Assembly (NCBI GenBank): GCA_944331895.1
Contig: CALVIX010000001.1
Span: forward strand, 105,545 to 169,544
DNA: 64,000 nt
Source: an uncultured Bacilli bacterium
GTDB lineage: Bacteria > Bacillota_I > Bacilli_A > RF39 > UBA660
Direction of reading: 5' to 3'
Shown here: positions 39,626 to 49,494 of the stretch, one piece after another
Numbering within the stretch: the stretch's first letter is position 1
Layout of the letters: each line of letters opens with the position of its first letter
Position numbers and translations under genes: made by a program
Notes under the pieces: model-generated
Told to the model about the DNA's origin: nothing
The model's database searches: none
Seen by the model: the letters and a program-made list of their open reading frames with translations, nothing else

Positions 39626-40338
39626 TCTATCATATGTAAAAATTGTTCTGGTTTTAAACAAGCACTACCGACGAGAAAACCTGATATATTATCGATCTGA
39701 TTCAGTGTTTCAATATTATTTTCGTTCACACTTCCACCATACAAAATAGGAACATTAACAATATTCATTTGTTTCAATATTTTTTGAATATTAGATGCAA
39801 CTTGCCATATCTGATCATTCGTAGGAACTCTTCCTGTTCCAATTGCCCAAATTGGTTCATAAGCGACGATCACTCGCGATGATTCCTCCTCTGTTAAACT
39901 AGAGAATACCGCTGTAAGCTCCCTATTTAAAACCTCTTCTGTCTTTCCACTTTTTTCTTCCTCGTCACTTTCCCCTACACAAAGAATTACAGAAAGTCCT
40001 GCTGTAAGAGCTTTCTTTACCTTCTCTGAGACAATCTGATCTGTTTCGTGAAAATACATACGACGTTCACTGTGACCTAATATCGCATAACTGCATCCGA
40101 TACTAGCTGCTTGCACAGGCGATACTTCTCCCGTATAGGCTCCACTATCATATTGAGCAGTATTTTGAACTCCAGTCTCAAATCCTTGTTCTATGAAATA
40201 AGGTACATATAAATAGGTAGGGCAAAAAATAATTTGTTTAGAATGTGCTTTCATTCCCAACACATTAAAGTAACGTTCTACTTCCTCAAAAGTCAGATTC
40301 ATCTTCATGTTACCGATCATATATTTCTTATTTTCCAT
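39613..40338 (-). CDS. tpiA: Triosephosphate isomerase
   Basis: AYEPIWAIGTG is the active-site loop. LGHSERR and GGSV are also present. Confidence 0.95.
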   Translation of the reverse strand: MENKKYMIGNMKMNLTFEEVERYFNVLGMKAHSKQIIFCPTYLYVPYFIEQGFETGVQNTAQYDSGAYTGEVSPVQAASIGCSYAILGHSERRMYFHETDQIVSEKVKKALTAGLSVILCVGESDEEEKSGKTEEVLNRELTAVFSSLTEEESSRVIVAYEPIWAIGTGRVPTNDQIWQVASNIQKILKQMNIVNVPILYGGSVNENNIETLNQIDNISGFLVGSACLKPEQFLHMIEVVL

Positions 40339-41566
40339 AAAATCCCTTCTTTACTACATCTTTTGCTTTTCCAAAAAAGTTCTTCTGATGTGTTCCACTC
40401 CCTTTGAGTGCAGTTTGATACACATCTAATACTTTTTCAGCAAAATATTTCGCCGAATGAGGTTCTGCACTAATTCTTGCTTGTTCACTCATTCGCTTTT
40501 TCAACTCCGGATCTCCCATTAGCTTTCGTACGCACTTTTTGTACTCTTTTCTATTTGCAAATAAATATCCATTTAAATCATCAATTACAACATTTCGGAA
40601 GCTATCATCATCGGCAGCCACTACTGGAACACTTGCAGCCATCGCTTCTATTACCGTTAATCCCTGCGTCTCTGTCCGCGAAGCTGTTGCAAACACATCT
40701 GCTAATTGATAGTATTTTGGAACTTCCTCCCAAGGAACCTTCCCAGTAAAAATCACACTATCTTGCACTCGCAATTTCCGCGCGAGTTCTTTGTAATCTC
40801 CTGCATCTGGCCCATCGCCAATAATAACTAACTTACAGTGTGGGTCAGTTTTTAAAAGCCCTACTTGTCCTTCAATTAAAAGATCGACACTCTTTTCATG
40901 TCCCAATCTTCCAACAAATAAAATGACAAAATCATCAGGCTCAATTTCTAGTTTTTTCCGCAATGCACCAATCTCTCTTTTCTTATAATTTTCCTTATAG
41001 AAACGACTGATCTCAATCCCAGTCGGAACGATGTGGACATTACGATCTACTTTATATTTTTCTTTAAAAAGATCATAGGCTTTCTTCGTTGGTACAATCA
41101 ATTCTGTTGCGGTCTTATCACAATAAAATTTCGTCAGATACTCGACAATTTTTTTACTCGCTCGATTAAAATATCCCTTCGTAATATAGTGTACGTAATC
41201 TTCATACATCGTGTGATAAGTATGGACGAGAGGAATATCTAATTGATGCGCCATAATACGAGCGAACGTTCCGATACCAAACTCTGTATGAGAATGAATG
41301 ATATCTAAATTCCATTTTTTAATTTTTTCTACTGCACGAATTGGATAAACTCCACTCAAGCGATAATCGTAAATTCCAATCGGAATACCAGGAATACGTA
41401 TGATCTTATTTTCATTTTCGTATTTATAGGACATGTTTTCGTTATTTACCGTAACGATAAATACTTCGTGTCCTTTTTCTTCTAAAGCATGTTCCAACAT
41501 CACAATACTTGTAGATACTCCATTGATAAATGGAGGATAGGTATCCGTAAAAATTCCTATTCTCAT
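40328..41566 (-). CDS. GT4-family glycosyltransferase (diacylglycerol glycosyltransferase-like)
   Basis: MRIGIFTDTYPPFINGVSTS is the N-terminal domain. The C-terminal GT-B E-x7-E region is EAMAASVPVVAADDDSF. It resembles GT4 monoglucosyl-diacylglycerol synthases. Confidence 0.75.
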   Translation of the reverse strand: MRIGIFTDTYPPFINGVSTSIVMLEHALEEKGHEVFIVTVNNENMSYKYENENKIIRIPGIPIGIYDYRLSGVYPIRAVEKIKKWNLDIIHSHTEFGIGTFARIMAHQLDIPLVHTYHTMYEDYVHYITKGYFNRASKKIVEYLTKFYCDKTATELIVPTKKAYDLFKEKYKVDRNVHIVPTGIEISRFYKENYKKREIGALRKKLEIEPDDFVILFVGRLGHEKSVDLLIEGQVGLLKTDPHCKLVIIGDGPDAGDYKELARKLRVQDSVIFTGKVPWEEVPKYYQLADVFATASRTETQGLTVIEAMAASVPVVAADDDSFRNVVIDDLNGYLFANRKEYKKCVRKLMGDPELKKRMSEQARISAEPHSAKYFAEKVLDVYQTALKGSGTHQKNFFGKAKDVVKKGFYGK

Positions 41567-41567
41567 A

Positions 41568-42587
41568 CTAATCCTCCTTCTTCTTTAAATTTAATGTGAT
41601 TGCACCTAAAAACATTCCCAAATAATATGTTAAAAATCTCCATAGCAACATAAGTGCATTCAACTTACTACCTTTTATAAAATTACCGAAAAAAGCAATG
41701 AATCCATATTCAAGTCCACCGGTACCACCTGGAATAGGAACGAAAGATCCCATCAACATAACATAAGCACTTGCAACAATAGATAAAAGCCCATCAAAGC
41801 TCTGATAATCACCTGTACCATATAGTAAAGCTACTGGAACAAGATAAAGACAAACAAGTGCAATAAAATTTAAAACAACAGAGCGAATAAATAGCATCTT
41901 ATTTGACATCAATATTTTTGCTCCATGGTGGAATCTCTCGATGGATGCTTCCCATTTTTTCAACTGCTTTTCCTTATCTTTAATTAAGCGAAGACGATAT
42001 AAAACACGAATTCCTAAATTTGTTATCCTATGATTGAACTTGCGAGCAAAAGCGATGATAAAAAGACCTACGACAACAGTCGTATTAATAATAAACCCTA
42101 ATGTAACTAGCTCCTTTAATAGTCCTACTTCTTTAAATATATGAAAAAAATAATTACTCGTTATCGCCATCAATCCCAAAATAACGAGTGCCACTTGATA
42201 AACGATAAAATTTTGAATAATGACATTCGTTCCATCAGTAACGCGAAGTCCATCTTTCTTTAGTGTATACACCTGAAAAGGTTGTCCACCGGAAGAAAAA
42301 GGCGTGACCGCATTAAAGAATTGTGTTACTAACATTAAACGAAATGCTTTTCGAAAGGTATAGTTTGGATTAAACTTTTGGATCGTACAACAAATTTCAA
42401 CACTGCGTAAAAATAGATAAGCAAAAACTAATCCTACTCCAACTAAAAACCAAAATGGATGAATCGTTAATATTTGAGATACGATCTCTTCAAAATTATC
42501 TTTCAAAGAAAAATATAATACGATACCAGTAAAGATAAGTAGTATAAATATATTTAGCGCTGTTTTCTTCTTCTCTTTACGATTCAT
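41568..42587 (-). CDS. UPF0104/'lysylphosphatidylglycerol-synthase TM region'-like flippase family membrane protein
   Basis: It has eight predicted TMs. The R-x-L/F-x-T-Y-Y-L-G-M-F-L-G C-terminal pattern is LLWRFLTYYLGMFLG. It is separated by 2 nt from the GT4 gene. Confidence 0.55.
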   Translation of the reverse strand: MNRKEKKKTALNIFILLIFTGIVLYFSLKDNFEEIVSQILTIHPFWFLVGVGLVFAYLFLRSVEICCTIQKFNPNYTFRKAFRLMLVTQFFNAVTPFSSGGQPFQVYTLKKDGLRVTDGTNVIIQNFIVYQVALVILGLMAITSNYFFHIFKEVGLLKELVTLGFIINTTVVVGLFIIAFARKFNHRITNLGIRVLYRLRLIKDKEKQLKKWEASIERFHHGAKILMSNKMLFIRSVVLNFIALVCLYLVPVALLYGTGDYQSFDGLLSIVASAYVMLMGSFVPIPGGTGGLEYGFIAFFGNFIKGSKLNALMLLWRFLTYYLGMFLGAITLNLKKKED

Positions 42588-42605
42588 ACCGATACCTCTT
42601 TTCTT

Positions 42606-43790
42606 TTAAGCCTCCTCGATACAATCGATTCCTGGAAGCACTTTTCCCTCTAGTAATTCTAACGATGCTCCACCACCAGTAGAGATGTGTGTAACTCGAT
42701 TTTGATATCCAAAGCCAATAACTGCAGCAGCTGTATCGCCACCACCAATAATCGTTTTGGCATCACTCGTTGCTATTATATCACATAATTTCTTTGTTCC
42801 AATAGAAAAACTCGATAATTCAAACAACCCAACCGGACCATTCCAGATAACCGTTTTACTATTTTCTAAAAAAGGTTTAAATAACCCGATCGTCTTCTCT
42901 CCAATATCCAACCCCATATCATCAGAATGCATCTCATCGATCGTAACACATCTTGATGCTCGATCTACTTCGATAGACGTCCCACAGACAACATCGACAG
43001 GTAAAACTAACTTATCTTTATGTTCTTTTAACATTTTTTCACAAAACGAAATAGATTCCTCATCTAATAAAGATTTACCAATCTCATATCCTTGTGCTTT
43101 TAAGAATGTAAATGCCATTCCGCCACCGATTAGAATATGATCTGCTATTTTTACTAGATTTTCGATCACTCCGATTTTATCACTCACCTTAGAACCACCC
43201 AAAATAACTGTAAATGGATGTTCTGGATGCTCGATTGCATCTGCCATCACCTTTAATTCTTTTTCGATTAAAAACCCAATTCCATTTGGCAAGTGACTTG
43301 CAATTCCAACATTAGAAGCATGACTTCTATGAGATGTCCCAAACGCATCGTTGATATAAAGATCTCCTAAAGAGGCCCAGTAAATACCTAATTCACTATC
43401 ATTTCCACTTTCCTTTTTCCCGTCTAAATCTTCAAATCTTGTATTCTCCATAAGTAAAACTTGTCCTGGTTGTAACCCTTGAACTTCATCTTCTAATTCT
43501 TTTCCCCTAGTCATAGGAACAAATTTGACAGGAATATTCAGTAATTCACTTAATCTTGATGCGACCGGTTTTAGAGTACGTTTCAATTTATCTTCTTCTG
43601 TTTTAATACGTCCTAAATGAGACATTAAAATAACTTTTGCTCCATGTTCTACCGCATAACGAATCGTAGGTAAACTCTGTACAATACGATTATCGTCCGT
43701 GATTTTACCATCTTTCATCGGTACGTTAAAATCACAGCGAATGATAACTTTTTTATTTTCTAATTCATAATCTTTTAATGTTTTCTTCAT
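42606..43790 (-). CDS. pgk: Phosphoglycerate kinase
   Basis: The N-terminus is RCDFNVP. The motif GGGASLELLEGK is near the C-terminus. Length is 394 aa. Confidence 0.95.
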   Translation of the reverse strand: MKKTLKDYELENKKVIIRCDFNVPMKDGKITDDNRIVQSLPTIRYAVEHGAKVILMSHLGRIKTEEDKLKRTLKPVASRLSELLNIPVKFVPMTRGKELEDEVQGLQPGQVLLMENTRFEDLDGKKESGNDSELGIYWASLGDLYINDAFGTSHRSHASNVGIASHLPNGIGFLIEKELKVMADAIEHPEHPFTVILGGSKVSDKIGVIENLVKIADHILIGGGMAFTFLKAQGYEIGKSLLDEESISFCEKMLKEHKDKLVLPVDVVCGTSIEVDRASRCVTIDEMHSDDMGLDIGEKTIGLFKPFLENSKTVIWNGPVGLFELSSFSIGTKKLCDIIATSDAKTIIGGGDTAAAVIGFGYQNRVTHISTGGGASLELLEGKVLPGIDCIEEA

Positions 43791-43989
43791 TATTCCATCC
43801 TCTTCCTTTTCAAATGAAAACTATCAACGCTAACTCATCTATTAGTATGGTTCAAAATAGAATAGCAATACTAATAATAAACATTGAAAATCATTTTTAC
43901 ATTTTCTATTCTACCTATTTATCATTGTATCTTGTTTTCACATAATTTTCAAGTAAATACATCGATATGACAAAATTGTAACAAATAAA

Positions 43990-44019
43990 AAAGCTATATT
44001 CTAATAGCTTTTTTATCGA
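43990..44019 (-). terminator. Terminator after gap
   Basis: The stem AAGCTAT/ATAGCTT has loop ATTCTA and A/T-run flanks. It separates gap from pgk. Confidence 0.55.
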
Positions 44020-45023
44020 TTCAAACTCATTAAGTATTCTGCCGTACGTACCATTTGTGCTGTGTAGCTCATTTCGTTATCGTACCATGCAACAACTTTG
44101 ACAAGTTGACGTCCATCCACTTCTAGGATATCTGTTAATAACCCATCAACTAAACTTCCATAGTGCGATCCGATAATATCGCTTGATACAATAGGATCCA
44201 TCGTAAATCCGATCGTTTCATTTGCGTTATTTTTGAACGCTTCATTTAATTCCTCTACTGTCGTATTACGTTTTAACTCAACAGTTAGATCAACAACAGA
44301 TCCAGTTGTTGTTGGAACGCGCAAAGCACTTCCATCCAACTTTCCTTTTAAGTTAGGTAATACCAATCCTACAGCACTCGCTGCTCCAGTACTACTTGGT
44401 ACAATATTAGCAGCTCCCGCTCTACCACGGCGCGCTTTAATTCCTTTTTTATGAGCGACATCTAAAATAGATTGATCGTTCGTATACGCATGTACTGTCG
44501 TCATATACCCTTTTACAATTCCGAAGTTTTTATCGAGAATGTTTGCTACAGGAGCAAGACAGTTTGTCGTACAACTTGCAGCACTAATAACCTCTTCTGT
44601 TCCATCTAATGTCTCATGGTTTACATTATAAACAATCGTCTTCATATCTCCTTTACCAGGCGCAGAAATAATAACATGTTTTGCTCCAGCAGTGATATGT
44701 GCTATCGCATCTTCTTTCTTTACAAACTTACCAGTACATTCAAATACGACATCAATTCCAAGTTCTCCCCATGGTAATTTCGTCGGATCCATCTCAGAAT
44801 AAATTCTTACTTTGCGATCTTTCACGATAATATTTTCTTCGTCATGAGAGATTTCATTTACGCGATAATTTCTATGAGATGTATCGTATTTTAATAAATA
44901 AGCTAACTGTTCAGCATCTGTTAAATCGTTGATGGCAACAATCTCGTATGCTGGATTTTCCTCTAACAAACGAAAAGCCAAACGTCCGATTCTTCCAAAT
45001 CCGTTAATTGCTACTTTAATCAT
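44013..45023 (-). CDS. gap: Glyceraldehyde-3-phosphate dehydrogenase
   Basis: INGFGRIGR is the NAD-binding motif. ASCTTNCLAP contains the catalytic Cys. Confidence 0.95.
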   Translation of the reverse strand: MIKVAINGFGRIGRLAFRLLEENPAYEIVAINDLTDAEQLAYLLKYDTSHRNYRVNEISHDEENIIVKDRKVRIYSEMDPTKLPWGELGIDVVFECTGKFVKKEDAIAHITAGAKHVIISAPGKGDMKTIVYNVNHETLDGTEEVISAASCTTNCLAPVANILDKNFGIVKGYMTTVHAYTNDQSILDVAHKKGIKARRGRAGAANIVPSSTGAASAVGLVLPNLKGKLDGSALRVPTTTGSVVDLTVELKRNTTVEELNEAFKNNANETIGFTMDPIVSSDIIGSHYGSLVDGLLTDILEVDGRQLVKVVAWYDNEMSYTAQMVRTAEYLMSLNR

Positions 45024-45105
45024 AATTTCCTCCTATCTTCTACGCTTTCATTGTAGCGCAACAAAATTAGTCATGTCAATAGAATAGACTTTCTATTGAC
45101 ATAGA

Positions 45106-45432
45106 TTACTTATTGCTATCCATTACTTCTATCTTAATGTTCTCCACATTTGCCGTTGCATCCTTGATGCCGACAGACATATCTTTGATAGTTTTATCTA
45201 TCTTCTTATACTCGTCATTTTCAAATCCTACAAAATAAATCGTTTCTATTTGATCATGATGAAACAAGAGTAATTGATTAGAGTTTATAATTCCTTCAGG
45301 ATATAAACAAGCAGTATAATCATAAATTGTAGATTCTTTTGAATCTACTGGACAGTATCCCACAATCATAATTTCTTTGGTTGCACCCTTTAATTTAACG
45401 ACACTTCCTATAGGTAAAAACTTTTCTCTCAT
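45106..45432 (-). CDS. Small hypothetical protein (DUF4176-like, 108 aa)
   Basis: The N-terminal LPIGSVVKLKG motif fits the uncharacterised DUF4176 family, which is common beside Firmicutes toxin/T7SS loci. That assignment is from memory and not verified. It has a 1-nt stop-start overlap with the upstream gene. Confidence 0.4.
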   Translation of the reverse strand: MREKFLPIGSVVKLKGATKEIMIVGYCPVDSKESTIYDYTACLYPEGIINSNQLLLFHHDQIETIYFVGFENDEYKKIDKTIKDMSVGIKDATANVENIKIEVMDSNK

Positions 45433-46091
45433 TATATATCCCTCCTATTTGGTAATTTTTTTGTAGAAAAATCACTATATATGATTACTTTTACTGGAAT
45501 ATTCAATTTTTCTTTTAATTCATTTTCTAACTTTTGATTGATATCATGACAAAATTTTTTTTGCTGATAATGAAGTTCATCCGACCAATCATATCTAACT
45601 CCAATAACAAGTGAATGATTGAGAGCAAAATATTGAGGACTAGGAGGTCCAAAATTCGTTTCAAATGTTCCTTTTATTCCACGTCTTTCTTCTCTTATGA
45701 CTTTTTGAAATGTACTAGCTATAAACTTCATATCTCTTTGTTCTATTTGAAACATATTGTTTTTAGCTCTCGAATTTAGATAGTTTCTCTCTTCTTCTGT
45801 AAGTCGTTCTAAATAAATATTATTTCTTAAATAGTAATACTTGTTTCCTATAAATGAATAGTATTGATAAAAATCTTGTTTGAAAAGTGGTATTGCCCGA
45901 AAATAATTTTCATTTTTTTGTAGTATCTGATCGTACTGTTGTACTCCTAATAAATTTATATATTCATTTAAAAGGAGACGATAAATGGTAGCTTGTCGAA
46001 AATAATCCATCTTTTCATCTTTCGATAAACCATCTAGATGAAAATCAATGTCTGTTGTGCATAAATTTTTTTCTGTTATATAATATCTCAT
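45432..46091 (-). CDS. Hypothetical protein (219 aa), candidate immunity protein
   Basis: The start is at MRYYITEK (46091) with a strong RBS AAAGGGGA, 13 nt after the upstream stop. It is Y/N/K-rich with no TM. Confidence 0.4.
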   Translation of the reverse strand: MRYYITEKNLCTTDIDFHLDGLSKDEKMDYFRQATIYRLLLNEYINLLGVQQYDQILQKNENYFRAIPLFKQDFYQYYSFIGNKYYYLRNNIYLERLTEEERNYLNSRAKNNMFQIEQRDMKFIASTFQKVIREERRGIKGTFETNFGPPSPQYFALNHSLVIGVRYDWSDELHYQQKKFCHDINQKLENELKEKLNIPVKVIIYSDFSTKKLPNRRDI

Positions 46092-46104
46092 ATTTATTCC
46101 CCTT

Positions 46105-47550
46105 TTATTTAATAGATGCGGAAGAAATGATAAATTCAGCATTTGCTAAATTATCCCAAGACACATAATATTTATTTCCATATGAGCTAACCACTAATCC
46201 ATCGCGTTCATCATCATCGATAACTCCCGTCACATATACAGCATGAGCTCCATCCGACAAAGAAAGGACTCTAGCATTACCATTTTCTTCATCCATTGGA
46301 ATAAAGTTAACGTTATCTAATGTGTCCTGATAGACACTTAAAGTTACGGACTGATCTTGCAACAAATGTGATTTTACCTCGTGTTTTACGCTAAGTATAT
46401 TTTGATATTTTTCACTTTCTGGAAGGATATCTTCATACTTCTCAAGACCTTCCTTTTTGCGTACTAAACATTCCACATCATAACTTAATGATTTATTCTT
46501 CGATTTCAAAAACAAATCAACAAGTTCTTCATTAGTTCCTAACACATCAGAAAGGTATTGCTGATTTTCAGTATCTGCATCAACAATTCGATATTTTCCG
46601 TTTTTTTTCTGAAATAACTCTCCACCATTTTCAACGTCATTAACAAATATATATATATCTGTTAATAGTAACGCATCATTTAATGTTCCATCTTCATTCT
46701 TAAGAGGGTATCCAAAAATACGTTCAAATGCTTCAGGATTATCTTTAAATTGATACATAATTGCACTCACAATTGCCGCATAAGAGCAAGCCCCCGTTTC
46801 ATTGATCATGCTCATCACTTTGCTTATATCCTTCTGTTTAAATCCTAAATCGTGAATATAGTTGTATATCTGTTTATGAATTTTCAAATCAGGGTTTTCT
46901 AAAATATCCGTCACAACGCCTTGATCGACTCCATAGTTTCCAAATGTACCTTCTGACAGTTCAAAAAAACTCTGTACTCCACCTTCCCAATCAGTCACTT
47001 TTGCATTTGTATGAAATATTTTATTTCCCATTTGATCGATATAACTATTTATAAGCTGTCCCAACCGTGTCGACTCATCGACATGCAAATATTGTAAGTT
47101 AGGAACTCCTGTTTCCTGGAATGTTTTACCAAATACTTTATCAAAAAACTGATCGACATGCTCTACAGAGATCACCGCATTTGTCCTTTCAAGTAGCATC
47201 TGACCAAAATTACCATCAGTTAACAAATCATATAAATAAGCACCTGGTCCCATCAATGTAGAAATAGCATCATTAATTTTTTCCCCTTTTTCTACTATTT
47301 TCAATGTTTGTTGTTTTAAATTTTCAATATATTCCTCTTCTTCTTCAGTAGGACCTATATCTTCGTATATAATTTCTGATGATCTTGGCTTATTACTTAT
47401 AAAACTTGATAGTTCTTCGTCTTGATTTTTACCTTCTTTTTTATAATTGTCCGGAATAATAGAAGAAACTGCAACCTTTTTGGCAGTAGAATTTTTAATA
47501 GGTATCTTTACATTGACATCTGTATTAGCTTTAATCTTAGATACTGACAT
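46105..47550 (-). CDS. Protein with a C-terminal C39-like (papain-fold) cysteine peptidase domain, no signal peptide
   Basis: The candidate catalytic Cys is in ETGACSYAAIVSAIMYQF. The candidate His is in DGAHAVYVTGVIDDDERDGLVVSSYGNKYYVSWDNL. Both resemble the C39/C39-like pattern. The N-terminal 250 aa are uncharacterised. Confidence 0.5.
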   Translation of the reverse strand: MSVSKIKANTDVNVKIPIKNSTAKKVAVSSIIPDNYKKEGKNQDEELSSFISNKPRSSEIIYEDIGPTEEEEEYIENLKQQTLKIVEKGEKINDAISTLMGPGAYLYDLLTDGNFGQMLLERTNAVISVEHVDQFFDKVFGKTFQETGVPNLQYLHVDESTRLGQLINSYIDQMGNKIFHTNAKVTDWEGGVQSFFELSEGTFGNYGVDQGVVTDILENPDLKIHKQIYNYIHDLGFKQKDISKVMSMINETGACSYAAIVSAIMYQFKDNPEAFERIFGYPLKNEDGTLNDALLLTDIYIFVNDVENGGELFQKKNGKYRIVDADTENQQYLSDVLGTNEELVDLFLKSKNKSLSYDVECLVRKKEGLEKYEDILPESEKYQNILSVKHEVKSHLLQDQSVTLSVYQDTLDNVNFIPMDEENGNARVLSLSDGAHAVYVTGVIDDDERDGLVVSSYGNKYYVSWDNLANAEFIISSASIK

Positions 47551-47611
47551 GCGACCCCTACTTTCTAATCTAAACTAATTATAACATATATATAGTATCG
47601 AAACAAATAAA

Positions 47612-47629
47612 ACACCTCAAAAGAGGTGT
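47612..47629 (-). terminator. Terminator after the uridine-kinase-like gene
   Basis: ACACCTC-AAAA-GAGGTGT is followed by TTTTATTTGTTT on the minus strand. Confidence 0.65.
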
Positions 47630-47713
47630 CTACAATGACGATTAAAAATAATTCATAATCACTAACAAACCATATATTTTTTTAATCATTCTATCATTTT
47701 ATCGAGAAACTTA

Positions 47714-49375
47714 TTACTCATAAAAGCAACTATTTCCAATAAATTCTCTAAGTACAGAATCATCCGGAACTTCTTCACTCGGAATCGGTAAAAAATTTCT
47801 TAGAAAGTTGATCAAACGGAGGGCTTCCGGATATACTGGATCATTTTCTGATACTGAGAACAACAACGGCTCCGCATATGTCTTTAATACGCCAAGTTCA
47901 TAGACGAGAGCTGAATTGATAATCATATCAGCATCATCTTGGAATGGGAAAATATATCTCTCTTCTCCATAACTGATCTTTTCCCACATTTTCAATGTAT
48001 CAGCCGCATTATAATTACGGAATTTATTATCGCGGATAATACGTCTTAACTTTCTCGTATCGCTCGTGTGAATATGATTATGATTATCGATATTAAGTTG
48101 CGTCAAAGGACTAATATATATTTTGAATTTATTTCTTCTTGGAATAGAGATCGTCAAGTCTTCATTCAACGCGTGTAATCCTTCGATAATAATAATATCA
48201 TCTTCATCCATCTGCAACCATTTTTTACGATATTCTCTTTCTCCTGTCATAAAATTGTATTCTGGAAGCAATACTTTCTCACCATCAAATAATTTAACTA
48301 AATGACGATTCAACAGATCGATATCGACCGCTTTTAAAGATTCTAAATCCCTTTCTCCGTGTTCGTCCAATGGTGTTTTATCGCGGTTAATAAAGTAATC
48401 ATCGATCGAAATCTGATGTGTACGCAACCCTTTGCTTTTCAAATAAATTTCCAATTTTTTCGAGGTTGTCGTCTTTCCACTAGATGATGGCCCTGCAATC
48501 AATATGATTTTAATATTTTTCTTATTATCATATACTCGGTCGGCAATCTCTGCAAGTTGTCCATTATAATATGCTTCACTAATTCGAATTAAATCTCCAT
48601 ATTTACCAGTAGAGACCACTTCATTTAAATCAGCAGCATTGCTTATCTTTAAAATACGTCCCCACTTTGTATAATCTAAGAATGTATCAAATAACATCTT
48701 GTGATGTTTGTAATCTAATGTACATTCAGGATTATAGATATCAGGACAAGAAAGAACAAAGCCATTATCTTTAATATAAGTCAATTTAAAATCGTCGATC
48801 GTTTTTGTACTATACGCTAGTTCTCCATAGAAATAATCATAAACATCATCCAAACGATATAAATTAACATAAGTATTACTAATGTACTTCAATACATTTA
48901 CTTTATCCATTCTTTTCTTCTTGCGAAAATATTTAATGGCATCGATTCTAGAGACACTTACCTTTGTAAACTTTAAATCTTCAGCAACAATTTCATGCAT
49001 TTTTGATTCGATTTTTCGCAGGATAGGTTTATCGATATCACAATTCCTAATTTCACAATAAACACCTTTATCGATAGAATGTTCTACGATTACTTCCGCT
49101 TCTTCTCCTAGCACCTGTTTTACGGCTATGATTAAAATAAATTGTGCAGATCTCGTATAAATTGTATTCCCTATCACACTACTACGATCGTAAAAGTCAA
49201 TATCACTTTTTTTTGTAACTGGTTCAGCAAGTCCCATAACGTCATTATCAACTTTAGCAACTAAAATAGGATAATTATAGTACTTCTTAAAGCTATCACT
49301 AATTTCTAACAAAGAAGTATCTTCCAAAAATTCTTTTGTCTCGATACCTCTATAATTTACCTTTACCATTTTCAT
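47714..49375 (-). CDS. Uridine kinase-family P-loop NTPase fused to an N-terminal TGS-like domain
   Basis: Walker A is IAGPSSSGKTTT, then the uridine/cytidine-kinase-like region ...IIIIEGLHALNE. The N-terminal 240 aa resemble the ThrRS TGS/second-additional domain. The start is the ATG at 49375 (MKMVKV) with RBS AAGAGGGA. Confidence 0.7.
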   Translation of the reverse strand: MKMVKVNYRGIETKEFLEDTSLLEISDSFKKYYNYPILVAKVDNDVMGLAEPVTKKSDIDFYDRSSVIGNTIYTRSAQFILIIAVKQVLGEEAEVIVEHSIDKGVYCEIRNCDIDKPILRKIESKMHEIVAEDLKFTKVSVSRIDAIKYFRKKKRMDKVNVLKYISNTYVNLYRLDDVYDYFYGELAYSTKTIDDFKLTYIKDNGFVLSCPDIYNPECTLDYKHHKMLFDTFLDYTKWGRILKISNAADLNEVVSTGKYGDLIRISEAYYNGQLAEIADRVYDNKKNIKIILIAGPSSSGKTTTSKKLEIYLKSKGLRTHQISIDDYFINRDKTPLDEHGERDLESLKAVDIDLLNRHLVKLFDGEKVLLPEYNFMTGEREYRKKWLQMDEDDIIIIEGLHALNEDLTISIPRRNKFKIYISPLTQLNIDNHNHIHTSDTRKLRRIIRDNKFRNYNAADTLKMWEKISYGEERYIFPFQDDADMIINSALVYELGVLKTYAEPLLFSVSENDPVYPEALRLINFLRNFLPIPSEEVPDDSVLREFIGNSCFYE

Positions 49376-49494
49376 ATGCTCGATCCCTCTTATTCTATTC
49401 ATATTCATTTTACCAAAGAAATAGTATTTTGTCACATCTTTTTTTGTATATATTCTCTTTCTTGAAACTACAATAAAATAGAAAGGGTGAAAAT

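Noticed and set aside
49376-49494. CtsR operator (GGTCAAA-NAN-GGTCAAA) upstream of clpP
   Set aside because: The divergent region contains no GGTCAAA heptad repeat. Only a weak TTGTCA-like -35 is present, so no CtsR box was called.
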